Shown here one piece after another: positions 49,424 to 60,658 of a stretch of 64,000 nt of DNA. Origin of the DNA: an uncultured delta proteobacterium. GTDB taxonomy: Bacteria > Myxococcota > UBA727 > VGSZ01. The position numbers and the translations under genes were made by a program. Position 1 is the stretch's first letter. The number at the start of each line of letters is the position of its first letter. The notes beneath the pieces were generated by a model. It saw only the letters and a list, made by a program, of their open reading frames with translations. It did not search any database and was not told where the DNA came from. Where the stretch lies: positions 384,001-448,000 of the forward strand of contig CAVZJB010000004.1 in assembly GCA_963775425.1 (NCBI GenBank), given 5' to 3'.

Positions 49424-52400
49424 GTGGACGTCACCGACAACAACAGCAGGACGCGCCCGCCGCCGCCGCCGCCGCCGCCGGTGAGCGCGCCGGCGACGGG
49501 CGTGGACAAGGTCCGCGATCCCCGACTCGTGCAGGGCGCGCCCGCGGTCCCCCCGCGGCCCGCCGCCCGCGACGCCTTCGTCGCCGAAGCCGGCACCGCC
49601 GCCGCCGCCGCCGCCCCCCGGGAAGATCCCACGCGCGCCGCGCGCGCCCGCCTCGAGCACGCCGGGCAGCAGGTGCGCCGCGGCCTCGCCTCGAGCCCCC
49701 CTTCGCCGCTGGCGCCGGCGCCGGCGCCGCCGGCCACGACGACGACCGCCCCCACGGCGTCGCCGGCAGCGGCGCCGCGCGCGAGCGTGTCTGCCGAAGA
49801 CCAGCGCGCGATCGACACGCTCGCCACGAGCGACAGCGGCCCCGCGCGCGCGCAGGCGTGGCAGACGCTCGAGCGCGCCCTGCATCCCGGGATGCCGAAC
49901 ACCCGCGCCTCCGCCGCCGACAAGCGCCAGGCGGCGGCCGTCGCCGAGGCGATGGGCAAGGCGCTCGGCGAGCACCCCGAGCAGCTCGCGGACAAGCGCA
50001 GCGGGCTGAACCTCAAAAACACGCTCGCGTCGCACGCGCGCCGTGGGGACGACGCCGCGCGGCGCGCCCTCGAGGACGCCGGCGATCGCGCGCGCGTCGG
50101 CAGCCTCTCGCGCGGCAGCGACGCCGAGCAGGCCCGGGCCCAACACGACGTCGTCGCGCACCTGCAAAGCGGGGCGCCGGCGGATCGCAAGCGGCTCGCC
50201 GCCGCGCTCGGCGCGAGCGCGCGCGGCGACGACTATGCGCACTACCGCGCGCTCGCCACGCTCGATCAGGCCGGCACGCCCGAGGCCCTCGATCAGGTCG
50301 CGAAGACCGGTGACTTCGCGTCGTCGCAGATCCTCGCGCGCCACGGCGAGGCCGGCCTCGACGCGGCCATGCGCCAGTGGGGCTCGATGACGCCCGAGCA
50401 GCGCGCGAACATGGAGGGGCTCCTTGGCTCCGACGCCGCCAAGGCGCGCCTCGCCGCCGGCGACCCCGCCGTCACCGCGGCCGCCGGCGACATCATCATG
50501 CAAGACCCCATCGGCGACTCGCTCATGCGCAGCGAGCTCGCCGCCGCCGGCACGCCCGCGGCCGCCGCGCAGCTCGCGCGCGCCACGGGGCACGAAAACG
50601 AGCCCACGCGCTCGCTCGCCGCCGCGGACCTCGATCGCATGGGCAAGACCGGCGTCGACGCGGCCGCCGCCGCGTGGGGCGCGGCGAGCGACGCCCACAC
50701 AGGCGCGCTGCTCCGGGTGCTCGGCAGCGCGGAAGGGCTCAAGACCCCCGCCGGACAGCAGGCGCTCCTCGACGCCGCCCGCGCCAGGGACCCCGCGCTG
50801 CGCGCGCAGGGCGTGGAGGCGCTCGACGTCGCCGGCCGCTGCGGCCGAGGCGACGACGCGTTCCGCCGGCAGGCCGTCGCCGCCGCCGCGGACGCCGCCG
50901 CCAACGCGGAGACCACCGACGACGCCGCCAAGGCGATGCGCGCCGCGGACGCCAACCTGCCGCGCCTGTCGACGTGGGGCCCCCAGGGCCAGGACAGCCG
51001 CGCCGCCAACGTCGACGCCTTCGCGTCGATGGCCCACGCGGCCGAGAGCGCGACGCCCGCCGGCCGCGCCGCCCTCGAGGCCCGCGCACGCGCCGTCGCC
51101 AAGGCGCTCGGCGCCTCCGACGACGCCGTCGACAAGGCCCGAGCCGTCCGACGCGGCTCACCCGACGAGCGCGCGAGCGCGCTCGCCAGGAGCAACGCCG
51201 AGGACCTCGCGCTCGAGGACGCGCGCCTCGGCAAGGACGGGCTGGGCCTGAACGACGCCCTCGACAACGTGCGCGCGCAGGCGTCGACGACGTCCGCCTA
51301 CGACCGCGCGCTGTCGAACGTCGCGCAGCACAACCAGGCCGTCGCGAGCGAGGCGCTGCGGCGCGCGGAGAAGGCCGGCGACGAAAGCGCCGTCACGCGC
51401 TTCGCCAAGCAAAACGTCTTCGACCAGACCGGTGAGCGCGCGTCGTGGAACGAGCGGCGCGCGCTCGACACGCTCGCCGGCGCCAGGAGCGGGCTCGCCA
51501 CGCACGAGATGATGCGCGCCGTCGCCGGGCGCGGGCGTGACTCGCTCGACGCCGCGCGCAGCTCGCTGAAACGCCTCGGCGACGCCGCGTCTGTGGAGCG
51601 GGCCGGCAGCCGCGCGCTCGCCAACCGCGATCCCGCCGTGCGGGAGGCGGCGGCCAGCTTGATGACGACGAACGGGACCGACGCAGCCAAAGCATCGGCG
51701 GCCCAGGCGCGGCGCGCCGAGCTCGCCCGCCGCACCGACGCCGCGCAGAAGGTCATGGCCGACACCGACGCGCGCTTCAAGGAGTCGATGGAGCGCCTCC
51801 CCGAGCTGCAGGCCGTGCGCGAGGGCCTGAAGCAGGAGGGCGTCGAGGTGCCGCGCGCGCTCGACACCGCCATCGGCGTCCTGCAGAGGAGCAAGGCCGA
51901 CGTCGTCGGGCAGCGCGAGGCGGCGGCGAAGAAGGTGGCCGACTACCTGCGCGACCCCGAGGTGCGGCGCTCGCTCGGCAACCTCTCGCAGGAGGAGGCA
52001 GGCGAGGCGCTCGAGGCCGCCACCGGCGCCATCGCGTCGACGCAGGCGGGCAAGGCGTTCGCGCAGGACGTGGCGGCCAAGGAGCTCGGCGGGTCGAGCG
52101 TGGACGATCCGCTGTTCAAGAAGGTCTTCGACGGCGCTTCCAAGAGCGCCACCCTGGCGAGCCGCTCGCTCAAGGTCGTCGACAACATGGTCGCCGGCCT
52201 CTCCGCCGCCGGCCCCGGCAGCTACCGGCACGCCGTCGCTCACGCGGTGGGCGCCACGTCCGATCAGGTGCGCGAGTGGGCGGCGATGACGAAGGAGGCG
52301 CGGCTCAACCCGTCGAGCTCGATGGTGAAGAGCCTCGGCAAGGTGGCGCACGGCGTGAACCACCTGAGCAACTCCCTCGACGTCATGAGCGCCGGCCTCT

Positions 52401-52804
52401 CGCTGCAAAACGCGGTGAACAACCCCACCGACGCGCGCGCGTGGACCGACGCGGCGAAGGACATCGCGCTCGCGGCCCGCGACTTCACCACCACCGGGAG
52501 CAAGGCGTTCACCGCGTGGACGGCGGTGGCGGCGCCGCTGACGGCGATCACCGGCGAGCTCGACACGCTGAGCGCCCTCGACCGCGGCGACTGGGACGCG
52601 GCCGCCGGCAACGGCGCCGTCGCCCTCGGCGGCGGCCTCGCCACCGCCGGCGTCATCATGAGCGCCACCGGCGTCGGCGCGGCCGCGGGCGTGCCTTTGA
52701 TGGTCGTCGGCGGCATCGTCTCCGCCGGCGGCTCGTTGTACGCGCACTTCTTCAAGGACGGCCCCGCCGAGGCCCGCGCCAAGGAGCTCGGCTTCCTGAG
52801 TTGA
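49424..52804 (+). CDS. Large Ala-rich helical protein with HEAT-like segments and a C-terminal Gly-rich hydrophobic hairpin
   Basis: GGAGGGG RBS before GTG 49424 (ORF open from 49358); coding-like codon bias; no Sec signal. Confidence 0.78.
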   Translation: MDVTDNNSRTRPPPPPPPPVSAPATGVDKVRDPRLVQGAPAVPPRPAARDAFVAEAGTAAAAAAPREDPTRAARARLEHAGQQVRRGLASSPPSPLAPAPAPPATTTTAPTASPAAAPRASVSAEDQRAIDTLATSDSGPARAQAWQTLERALHPGMPNTRASAADKRQAAAVAEAMGKALGEHPEQLADKRSGLNLKNTLASHARRGDDAARRALEDAGDRARVGSLSRGSDAEQARAQHDVVAHLQSGAPADRKRLAAALGASARGDDYAHYRALATLDQAGTPEALDQVAKTGDFASSQILARHGEAGLDAAMRQWGSMTPEQRANMEGLLGSDAAKARLAAGDPAVTAAAGDIIMQDPIGDSLMRSELAAAGTPAAAAQLARATGHENEPTRSLAAADLDRMGKTGVDAAAAAWGAASDAHTGALLRVLGSAEGLKTPAGQQALLDAARARDPALRAQGVEALDVAGRCGRGDDAFRRQAVAAAADAAANAETTDDAAKAMRAADANLPRLSTWGPQGQDSRAANVDAFASMAHAAESATPAGRAALEARARAVAKALGASDDAVDKARAVRRGSPDERASALARSNAEDLALEDARLGKDGLGLNDALDNVRAQASTTSAYDRALSNVAQHNQAVASEALRRAEKAGDESAVTRFAKQNVFDQTGERASWNERRALDTLAGARSGLATHEMMRAVAGRGRDSLDAARSSLKRLGDAASVERAGSRALANRDPAVREAAASLMTTNGTDAAKASAAQARRAELARRTDAAQKVMADTDARFKESMERLPELQAVREGLKQEGVEVPRALDTAIGVLQRSKADVVGQREAAAKKVADYLRDPEVRRSLGNLSQEEAGEALEAATGAIASTQAGKAFAQDVAAKELGGSSVDDPLFKKVFDGASKSATLASRSLKVVDNMVAGLSAAGPGSYRHAVAHAVGATSDQVREWAAMTKEARLNPSSSMVKSLGKVAHGVNHLSNSLDVMSAGLSLQNAVNNPTDARAWTDAAKDIALAARDFTTTGSKAFTAWTAVAAPLTAITGELDTLSALDRGDWDAAAGNGAVALGGGLATAGVIMSATGVGAAAGVPLMVVGGIVSAGGSLYAHFFKDGPAEARAKELGFLS

Positions 52805-52844
52805 GCGACGTCGCCCCGCCGTGACTGTCGTGGCGCGGCCAGGC

Positions 52845-53681
52845 TCAACCGAGAAGCGCGGGCAGCGGCTTCAAGAAGTTGCCGCCGTCGACGGTGACGA
52901 CGGTGCCGGTGATGAACGACGCCGCCGGCGTGCACAGGAAGGCGATGCAGCCGGCGCAGTCCTCGGCGGTGCCCATGCGGCCGAGCGGGACGGTGCTGGT
53001 CACGCGCGCGCGCGCTTCGGGGTCGGCCCACAGGCGGGCGTTGGCGCCCTCGGTGTCGACGGGGCCGGGGGCGATGGCGTTGACGCGGATGCCGACGGGC
53101 GCCCACTCCACCGCGAGCGTCTGGGCGAGGTTCAACATGCCGGCCTTGCCTGCCCCCGAGTGCGCCATCAGCGGCGACGCGGTGTAGCCGTTGGTGGCGG
53201 CGTTCAAAACGATGGACGCGCCGCCGCGCTCGCACAGGTGCGGGTACCAAGCGTGGATGGTGTTCCACGTGCCGAGCAGCACGGTGCCCACGACGGTGGC
53301 GAAGCCGTTGGGCGTGATGCTCGCCGCCGGCGCCAGGAAGTTCGCGCCGGCGTTGCACACGAGGATGTCGACGGCGCCGGACGTGTCGAGGGTTGCGTCC
53401 CGCCACGCGGCGAGCTCCTCGGGCTTCTTCACGTCGGCGGACGCCGTGACGACGGGGTGGTCGAAGCCCGCCGCGCGGCCGGCCGCTTCGATCTCGGCGC
53501 GGGCAGCCTCGAGCACGTCGGCCCGGCGGCCGCAGATGGACACCCGTGCCCCGAGCGCGGCGAAGCGCCGGGCGGTGACGAGCCCGATGCCCGTGCCGCC
53601 GCCGGTGATGGCGACGCTGCGGTGGGCGAAGAGGCCCGGGTGAAAGGTCTCGAGCGTGGATGACGACGGCGGCGTGGGCAT
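52845..53681 (-). CDS. SDR oxidoreductase, 2,4-dienoyl-CoA reductase-like
   Basis: TGGGTGIG, NAGANF, HSGAGKAG, LAVEW...IRVNAIAPGP, VPLGRMG. Confidence 0.88.
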   Translation of the reverse strand: MPTPPSSSTLETFHPGLFAHRSVAITGGGTGIGLVTARRFAALGARVSICGRRADVLEAARAEIEAAGRAAGFDHPVVTASADVKKPEELAAWRDATLDTSGAVDILVCNAGANFLAPAASITPNGFATVVGTVLLGTWNTIHAWYPHLCERGGASIVLNAATNGYTASPLMAHSGAGKAGMLNLAQTLAVEWAPVGIRVNAIAPGPVDTEGANARLWADPEARARVTSTVPLGRMGTAEDCAGCIAFLCTPAASFITGTVVTVDGGNFLKPLPALLG

Positions 53682-53830
53682 GGCCCGAACCTCCGTCGTC
53701 GAAGAGGCGTGTGCAAGGGCTCGGGGGGTGCGCGCTCGCGCACGGCCCGCCCGCGCGGCACGCCCGCGGACGTCGCGGGGGCGCCGCACCGCGGCGGCAT
53801 ACGGGGTGCAAAGGGCAGGACGACGTGCTG

Positions 53831-54247
53831 ATGCCTTCCGCCCTTTCACATTCGCCAGACGTGTCGACCCCGACGCGCCGTCACACCGCGCTCGTCGTCG
53901 AGGACGACCCGGCCACCCAGCGCCTGATCGCGCACACGCTGCGCGGCGCCGGCCTCTCCCCCGTCGGCGTCGGCAGCGGCGAGGCCGCCCTCGCGTGGCT
54001 GGAGATGAACCCGCCCCCGGCGCTCATGAGCGTGGACCTCATGCTGCCCCATATGTCCGGGCTGAGGCTCTGCGACGCCGTCCGCACACGACACGAGACG
54101 GCCTCGCTCCCCATCGTCATCATCACCGCGCGAAGCGGGGTGCAGGACGAGGCCGCCGCGCTCGAGGTGGGCGCGGCGTTCCTCGGCAAGCCGTTTCGCG
54201 TCCGCGAGCTGATCGACCTGGTCACGGGCCTGCTGGCGCCGCGATGA
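53831..54247 (+). CDS. Single-domain response regulator (CheY-like)
   Basis: LVVEDD, VDLMLPHMSG, IITAR, KPF. Start may be GTG 53861. Confidence 0.88.
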   Translation: MPSALSHSPDVSTPTRRHTALVVEDDPATQRLIAHTLRGAGLSPVGVGSGEAALAWLEMNPPPALMSVDLMLPHMSGLRLCDAVRTRHETASLPIVIITARSGVQDEAAALEVGAAFLGKPFRVRELIDLVTGLLAPR

Positions 54248-54253
54248 GCGCGG

Positions 54254-54793
54254 TCAGGCGTTGGTGATCTCGGCCTCGTCGATGACCGGCACGCGCTCCG
54301 CCACGGGCTCCACGCGGCGGTAGCGGCGCTGCTGCCCCGGCAGGAAGTACATCCCGGTCACGCGCGGCGGCTGGTGGGTGAACTCCACCTTCTGCGGCTC
54401 GAACGTGCCCACCAAAGCGGTGCCGCCGTCGACGAGGGTGAGCTTGAGGCGGGCCATCACCTCGCCGTCGAGCTTCTGCGCGACACCCTCCGGGAAGCCC
54501 ATGGCTGCCAGCGCCTTCTTGCCGTGATCGCGGCGCGTGAGCGTCACGCGCCGGCCGACCACGATGCCCGAGTACTCCTGGTACCCGCCGGTGACGTCCC
54601 GCCGGCCGGTGATGAACGGCCCGAGCTGCCCGAGGGTGATGCGCTCGACGCGCGCGCCGTCGGCGATCTCGTCGTCGCTGAGCACGCGCTCCCACGTGCC
54701 GCTGATGCGAAAGAGGAACGTCGACAACAGCCACAAGGCGGCCGTGCCGCCGAGCGCGGCGACGACGACGACCCGGATGGTATCCCCGTCCAC
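54254..54793 (-). CDS. Hypothetical protein with N-terminal TM and small beta domain
   Basis: GAGGG upstream of GTG 54793; hydrophobic N-terminus; SGTW motif. Confidence 0.7.
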   Translation of the reverse strand: MDGDTIRVVVVAALGGTAALWLLSTFLFRISGTWERVLSDDEIADGARVERITLGQLGPFITGRRDVTGGYQEYSGIVVGRRVTLTRRDHGKKALAAMGFPEGVAQKLDGEVMARLKLTLVDGGTALVGTFEPQKVEFTHQPPRVTGMYFLPGQQRRYRRVEPVAERVPVIDEAEITNA

Positions 54794-55026
54794 GCACAAC
54801 ACCCTCGTCCGCCCCGCCGGGGGCTGTCAACGCGGGCTCTCCTCGGGACGCCGCGCACACGCCGGCGCGGCGACCGCTCGATGGACGCATGAACCCTCCG
54901 CTGACGGCCCGCGGAGCGCGCGCCTCGAAGAGGGTTTGGGGCCGGTCTCGTGATCCGTCCGGGACCGGCCGGCGCACGGCCGCCGCCCCCCATCGGCCTC
55001 GAGCTTCGGCTCGAGCTTCGCCGCGG

Positions 55027-56505
55027 CTAATTGCAGCCGGTGAGCGTGGTGCCGGCGGCGGCGACGTTGATGTCGTCACCGGGGCCCGGGCGCGCGCCGC
55101 CGCACAGGACCACACGGGTGTCGCCTTCGAGCTGCCAGCCGGTGTCGGTGGCGCAGTCTGCGCCGTCGGGGAGGTGCGGGATGTTGGTGGTCTCGTTGGT
55201 GCCGGCCTTGGTGAGCTGTACGACGACGTTGTCGGGGTTGGCCGGCGGCTCCGCGAGCTCCACGAAGTCCACCGCGGCGATGAACGCGGCGATGTCGAGC
55301 ATGGTGCCGCGGAAGGAGCTGTTGCAGATGGAGTCCGTGCTCTTCTTGCCGATCGCGGTGGCGAGGTCGAAGTAGCGCGAGCCCGGATCTGCGGTGCAGC
55401 ACGGCGTGCCGGCCGAGGGATCGCAAGGGTCGCCGACGTTGGTGAAGTTGGAGAGGCCGCCGGAGTTGCGGCAGCCGCCGGTGGGCGCGCCGTCGCCGCC
55501 CACCTGGCAGCCCGCGGGCTCGACGTTGCCGGGCTCACCGAGGCCGCCGGCGATGACGGCCACCTTCACGTTCGGGTCGGCCGCGACGAGCGCGTCCTTG
55601 TACTTCGAGATGGGAGCGAGGTCGGGCGACGCGATCTCGTTGCCGTTGTCGTCCTGCGCGTAGCAGTTGGACGGGCTGAGCGGCGGCGTGATGAAGGAGC
55701 TGTAGGCGCCGCAGATCTCGCCGTCGAGCTCGTCGGCGAAGTCGCCGCCGAGGCCGTGGGAGCAGTCGTCCTCGTCGCTGAGGAACATGACGACGAGCGA
55801 CGCGTCGGGGCGCCGGAACGACTCGAAGTCGCCCACGCAGTCGGGGTTCGGGGACACGCCCGGCTCCTGCTGCAGGAAGATGGCGGCTGCGTCGAGGCCG
55901 CGCTCGTACGGCGAGCCGAAGATCTGGATGTTGTCGAGGGTGTCCTTGAAGCGCTGGGCGAAGTCGTCGTTGGAGGAGTCGCCGTCGGTGAGGTCCGCGG
56001 CCGCGATGATCTTCTCCGCGGTCCCCGGCGGGCCGTTGGGCTGCAGGCAGCCGCGCTGCGGGCGGAAGCCCCAGGCCTGTCCGCCTTGCTGGTCGGGCAG
56101 GCGGTTGTCGCACAGGCCGGCGTCGGTGGTGATGACGCCGACGCGGAAGTCGCTCTCGAACGCCGCGAGCAACTGGATGAAGCCGCACTTCGCCAGGGGG
56201 CCGTCGCCCGTGTACTGGTCGCGCACCGGGTTCTTGAACTGCGGGTCGATGTTCTTGAGGTCCTGGAGCGGGCACTCGGCGGCGTTCTGGTTCAGGAAGT
56301 TGTCCACCAGGTTCGCCTGCTCCTCCGCCATGGAGCCCGAATTGTCGACGACGATGAGGATGTCCGCCGCCTTGTTCACCGGCACCGGCACGTTGGTGAC
56401 GATGGTCTTGTCGCAACTGTTCTGCACTTCCTGAAACACGCGGCGGTTGCACGACAACGCCAACGGCGAGACGAGGACGAGCGCGAGGGCGAGGGGCTTC
56501 CGCAT
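55027..56505 (-). CDS. Cys-rich VWA-domain lipoprotein
   Basis: GGAGG RBS; LALSC lipobox; DILIVVDNSGSM MIDAS, FRVGVITTD, ERGL, FLSDEDDCS. Confidence 0.88.
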   Translation of the reverse strand: MRKPLALALVLVSPLALSCNRRVFQEVQNSCDKTIVTNVPVPVNKAADILIVVDNSGSMAEEQANLVDNFLNQNAAECPLQDLKNIDPQFKNPVRDQYTGDGPLAKCGFIQLLAAFESDFRVGVITTDAGLCDNRLPDQQGGQAWGFRPQRGCLQPNGPPGTAEKIIAAADLTDGDSSNDDFAQRFKDTLDNIQIFGSPYERGLDAAAIFLQQEPGVSPNPDCVGDFESFRRPDASLVVMFLSDEDDCSHGLGGDFADELDGEICGAYSSFITPPLSPSNCYAQDDNGNEIASPDLAPISKYKDALVAADPNVKVAVIAGGLGEPGNVEPAGCQVGGDGAPTGGCRNSGGLSNFTNVGDPCDPSAGTPCCTADPGSRYFDLATAIGKKSTDSICNSSFRGTMLDIAAFIAAVDFVELAEPPANPDNVVVQLTKAGTNETTNIPHLPDGADCATDTGWQLEGDTRVVLCGGARPGPGDDINVAAAGTTLTGCN

Positions 56506-56673
56506 GAGACCTCCAAAGGGCAACTGTGATCTATAGCAAGCTCGCTTCGGGCCCGCTCGAAACGGGCCTCGGGACCACGACCGAGGGGACGCGCACCCGC
56601 CTGGGGGAGGCCCGCCCCCACGCCGCCGTCGACGAGGTCCGCGCGCCGCTGATGTGGGTTGTCGAGGCCGCGG

Positions 56674-58389
56674 TCACCCGCCGAGCAGCGAGCGGACGAG
56701 CTTGTCGACGTGCGCGAAGGCGTCGGCGACGGGGACGCGCTCGGTCTTGTCTTTGGGGTCCGACCGGCGCTTGACCTCGACGATGCCCTCCTTGAGGCCC
56801 TTGCCGCCGACGGCGACGCGCACGGGGTTCCCGATCAAGTCGGCGTCCTTGAACTTCACGCCGGGCCGCTCGTCGCGGTCGTCGTAGAGGACCTCGATGC
56901 CCGCCTGGATGAGCTTGCCGTAGAGATCGTCGGCGACCTTGGTGGTGTCCTCGTCCTTGCCGAGCGACACCAGCGAGACGTGGAACGGTGCGATGGGCGC
57001 GGGCCAGCGGATGCCGTCGTCGTCGTGGTTCTGCTCGATGGCCGCCGCCGCCGTACGCGTGACGCCGATGCCGTAGCAGCCCATGACGTACGGGCGCTCG
57101 ACCTTGTCCTCGCCCTGGTACGTCGCCTTCATCTTGTCGCTGTACCTGGTGCCGAGGAAGAACACGTGGCCGACCTCGATGCCGCGCACGATGTCGTAGG
57201 GCTTGCCGGTCTTGGGGCACACGTCGCCCTCGCGCGCGGACGTGAGGTCCGCCCACTCGGCGACGTCGAAGTCGCGGCCGACGGCCACCTGCACCCAATG
57301 CTTGTCCTTCTCGTTGCCGCCGCAGACGAGGCCGGCGAGGCCCTTGGCGCCGTGGTCGACGACGACGCGCAGGCCCTCTTTGGCCTTCACCGGGCCGGCG
57401 AAGCCCGGCGGCGCGCCCGTGTGCACGAGCACCTCGGCGTCGTTCAGCATGCGCACCTCGGACGCGCCGAGCGCCTTGTTGAGCTTGACCTCGTTGACGT
57501 CGCGATCGCCGCGGCAGAGCGCCATCACGGCCTTGCCGTCGACGAGGAACAGCACGGCCTTGAGCACGCGATCGGGGGCGACGCCGAGGAACGACGACAC
57601 CTCGTCGATGGTCTTCTTCTCACGCGTGTCGACGAGCGACGCCGCCATCTGCGCGTCCTCCGCGGGGCGATCGGGCGCCGCCACCGGGGCGAGCTCGACG
57701 TTGGCCGCGTAGTCGCCGGAGACGGCGATGGCGTCCTCGCCCGACTGCGCGAGCACCTGGAACTCGTGCGAGCGGTTGCCGCCGATGGCGCCGGTGTCCG
57801 CCTCGACGGCGCGGAACTCGAGGCCGCAGCGCGAGAAGATGCGGCCGTAGGTGGCGTACATGTTGTCGTACTCGCGGTGCGCGTCGGCCTCGTCGGCGTG
57901 GAACGAGTACGCGTCCTTCATGAGGAACTCGCGCCCGCGCATGAGGCCGAAGCGCGGGCGCACCTCGTCACGGAACTTGGTCTGGATCTGGTAGAGGTTG
58001 AGCGGGAGCTGGCGGTAGCTCTTCACCTCGTCGCGCACGAGCGACGTCACGACCTCTTCGTGGGTGGGCCCGAGCACGAACTCGCCGCCCTTCCTGTCCT
58101 TGATGCGGAGCAGCTCGGGGCCGTACGCGTCCCAGCGCCCGCTCTCGCGCCACAGCTCGCCGGGGCAGACCACCGGCATCACGATCTCCTGGGCGCCGGC
58201 GCGGTTCATCTCCTCGCGCACGATGTTCTCCACCTTCTTGAACACGCGGTTGGCGAGGGGGAGGTACGTGTAGATGCCGGCGGCGAGCTTGCGGATCATG
58301 CCCGCGCGCATCATCAGGCGGTGGCTGGCGACGACGGCGTCGGCCGGCGTCTCCTTCACGGTGGGGATCAGCATCTGGGAGTGGCGCAT
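56674..58389 (-). CDS. proS: Proline--tRNA ligase (bacterial type with editing domain)
   Basis: SHRLMMRAGMIRK, LGPTHEE, KFRDEVRPRFGLMRGREFLMKDAYSF, GIEVGH, MGCYGIG. Confidence 0.97.
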   Translation of the reverse strand: MRHSQMLIPTVKETPADAVVASHRLMMRAGMIRKLAAGIYTYLPLANRVFKKVENIVREEMNRAGAQEIVMPVVCPGELWRESGRWDAYGPELLRIKDRKGGEFVLGPTHEEVVTSLVRDEVKSYRQLPLNLYQIQTKFRDEVRPRFGLMRGREFLMKDAYSFHADEADAHREYDNMYATYGRIFSRCGLEFRAVEADTGAIGGNRSHEFQVLAQSGEDAIAVSGDYAANVELAPVAAPDRPAEDAQMAASLVDTREKKTIDEVSSFLGVAPDRVLKAVLFLVDGKAVMALCRGDRDVNEVKLNKALGASEVRMLNDAEVLVHTGAPPGFAGPVKAKEGLRVVVDHGAKGLAGLVCGGNEKDKHWVQVAVGRDFDVAEWADLTSAREGDVCPKTGKPYDIVRGIEVGHVFFLGTRYSDKMKATYQGEDKVERPYVMGCYGIGVTRTAAAAIEQNHDDDGIRWPAPIAPFHVSLVSLGKDEDTTKVADDLYGKLIQAGIEVLYDDRDERPGVKFKDADLIGNPVRVAVGGKGLKEGIVEVKRRSDPKDKTERVPVADAFAHVDKLVRSLLGG

Positions 58390-58458
58390 GCGCCGCGTAT
58401 GGCACGTGCCGGTCCCGTCGTCGATGCTCGCGCCGCCCCCCGCTGCTACCCTCGCCCC

Positions 58459-59358
58459 ATGGCAGATCCGCGCCGCCGCGCTCGGGACAACGCCGCCGGC
58501 CCGTGGTTCGTCGACACCACCTGCATCGCCTGCGACGCCTGCCGCCAGTGCGCCCCCGCGCTGTTCGCCGACCTCGCAGACGGCTCGTCCGCCGTGATGC
58601 GCCAGCCCGCGAGCGACGACGAGCTCCGCGGGGCGACGCTGGCGATGCTCGCGTGCCCCGTGGGCGCCATCGGCCACGACCACGAGGACGGGCGCGGCGG
58701 TGTCGAGCTTCGCGGGCTGTTCCCGCAGGAGCTCGACGACGGCGTCTGGTACTGCGGGTTCAACTCCCGCAAGAGCTACGGCGGCAACGCGTATCTCGTC
58801 GACCTCGGCGCCGCGGGGGACGAGCCCCACGACGAAGGGGCCCGCAGAAGGCTCGTGATGATCGACGCGCCACGCTTCGTGAAGCCCGTGGCGGACTTCA
58901 TCGCGGCCCGCGGCGGGCTCGCCGCCATCCTTTTGACCCACGGCGACGACGTCGCCGACGCCGATCGCTACGCCGAGCGCTTCGGCGCGCCCGCGTTCAT
59001 CCACGATGCCGACGCGTACGCCGCGCCGTTTGCGTCGACGTGGCGCGGCGTCGAGCCGGTCCGCGCGCTCGACGGCGCCGTCGAGGTGCTGCCGGTGCCG
59101 GGGCACACGCGCGGCAGCGTGATGTTCCTCGCGCGCGATCGGCTGTTCACCGGCGACTCGCTCGCCTGGTCGCGCGACGACCAGCGGCTCACGGCGTTCG
59201 ACGATGCGTGCTGGTACTCGTGGACCGAGCAGAAGCGCTCGCTCGCGCGCGTCGTCGGCCGCGCCTTCACGTGGGTGCTCCCGGGCCACGGACAGCGACA
59301 CAAAGCGAGCGTCGAGGAGAACACGGCCTCGCTCGCGGCGCTCGTCGCACGCATGTGA
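58459..59358 (+). CDS. Ferredoxin plus metallo-beta-lactamase-fold hydrolase fusion
   Basis: CIACDAC..ACPVGAI; THGDDVAD, PGHTRG, FTGD, LPGHG. Confidence 0.88.
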   Translation: MADPRRRARDNAAGPWFVDTTCIACDACRQCAPALFADLADGSSAVMRQPASDDELRGATLAMLACPVGAIGHDHEDGRGGVELRGLFPQELDDGVWYCGFNSRKSYGGNAYLVDLGAAGDEPHDEGARRRLVMIDAPRFVKPVADFIAARGGLAAILLTHGDDVADADRYAERFGAPAFIHDADAYAAPFASTWRGVEPVRALDGAVEVLPVPGHTRGSVMFLARDRLFTGDSLAWSRDDQRLTAFDDACWYSWTEQKRSLARVVGRAFTWVLPGHGQRHKASVEENTASLAALVARM

Positions 59359-59458
59359 CCGCGCTTCGCTACGAACGAGCGCCTGCGCGACGCGGCGACC
59401 GGAGCAGCGACGGGCGGATCGGGTCGAACACCGCGGGCGCGATCGCTACCACTACGCC

Positions 59459-60654
<1,196 letters not shown>

Positions 60655-60658
<4 letters not shown>

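Noticed and set aside
58390-59301. N-terminal extension of proS, and upstream extension of ORF 56659..59358
   Set aside because: Each is the antisense of the other real gene; true starts are 58389 and 58459.
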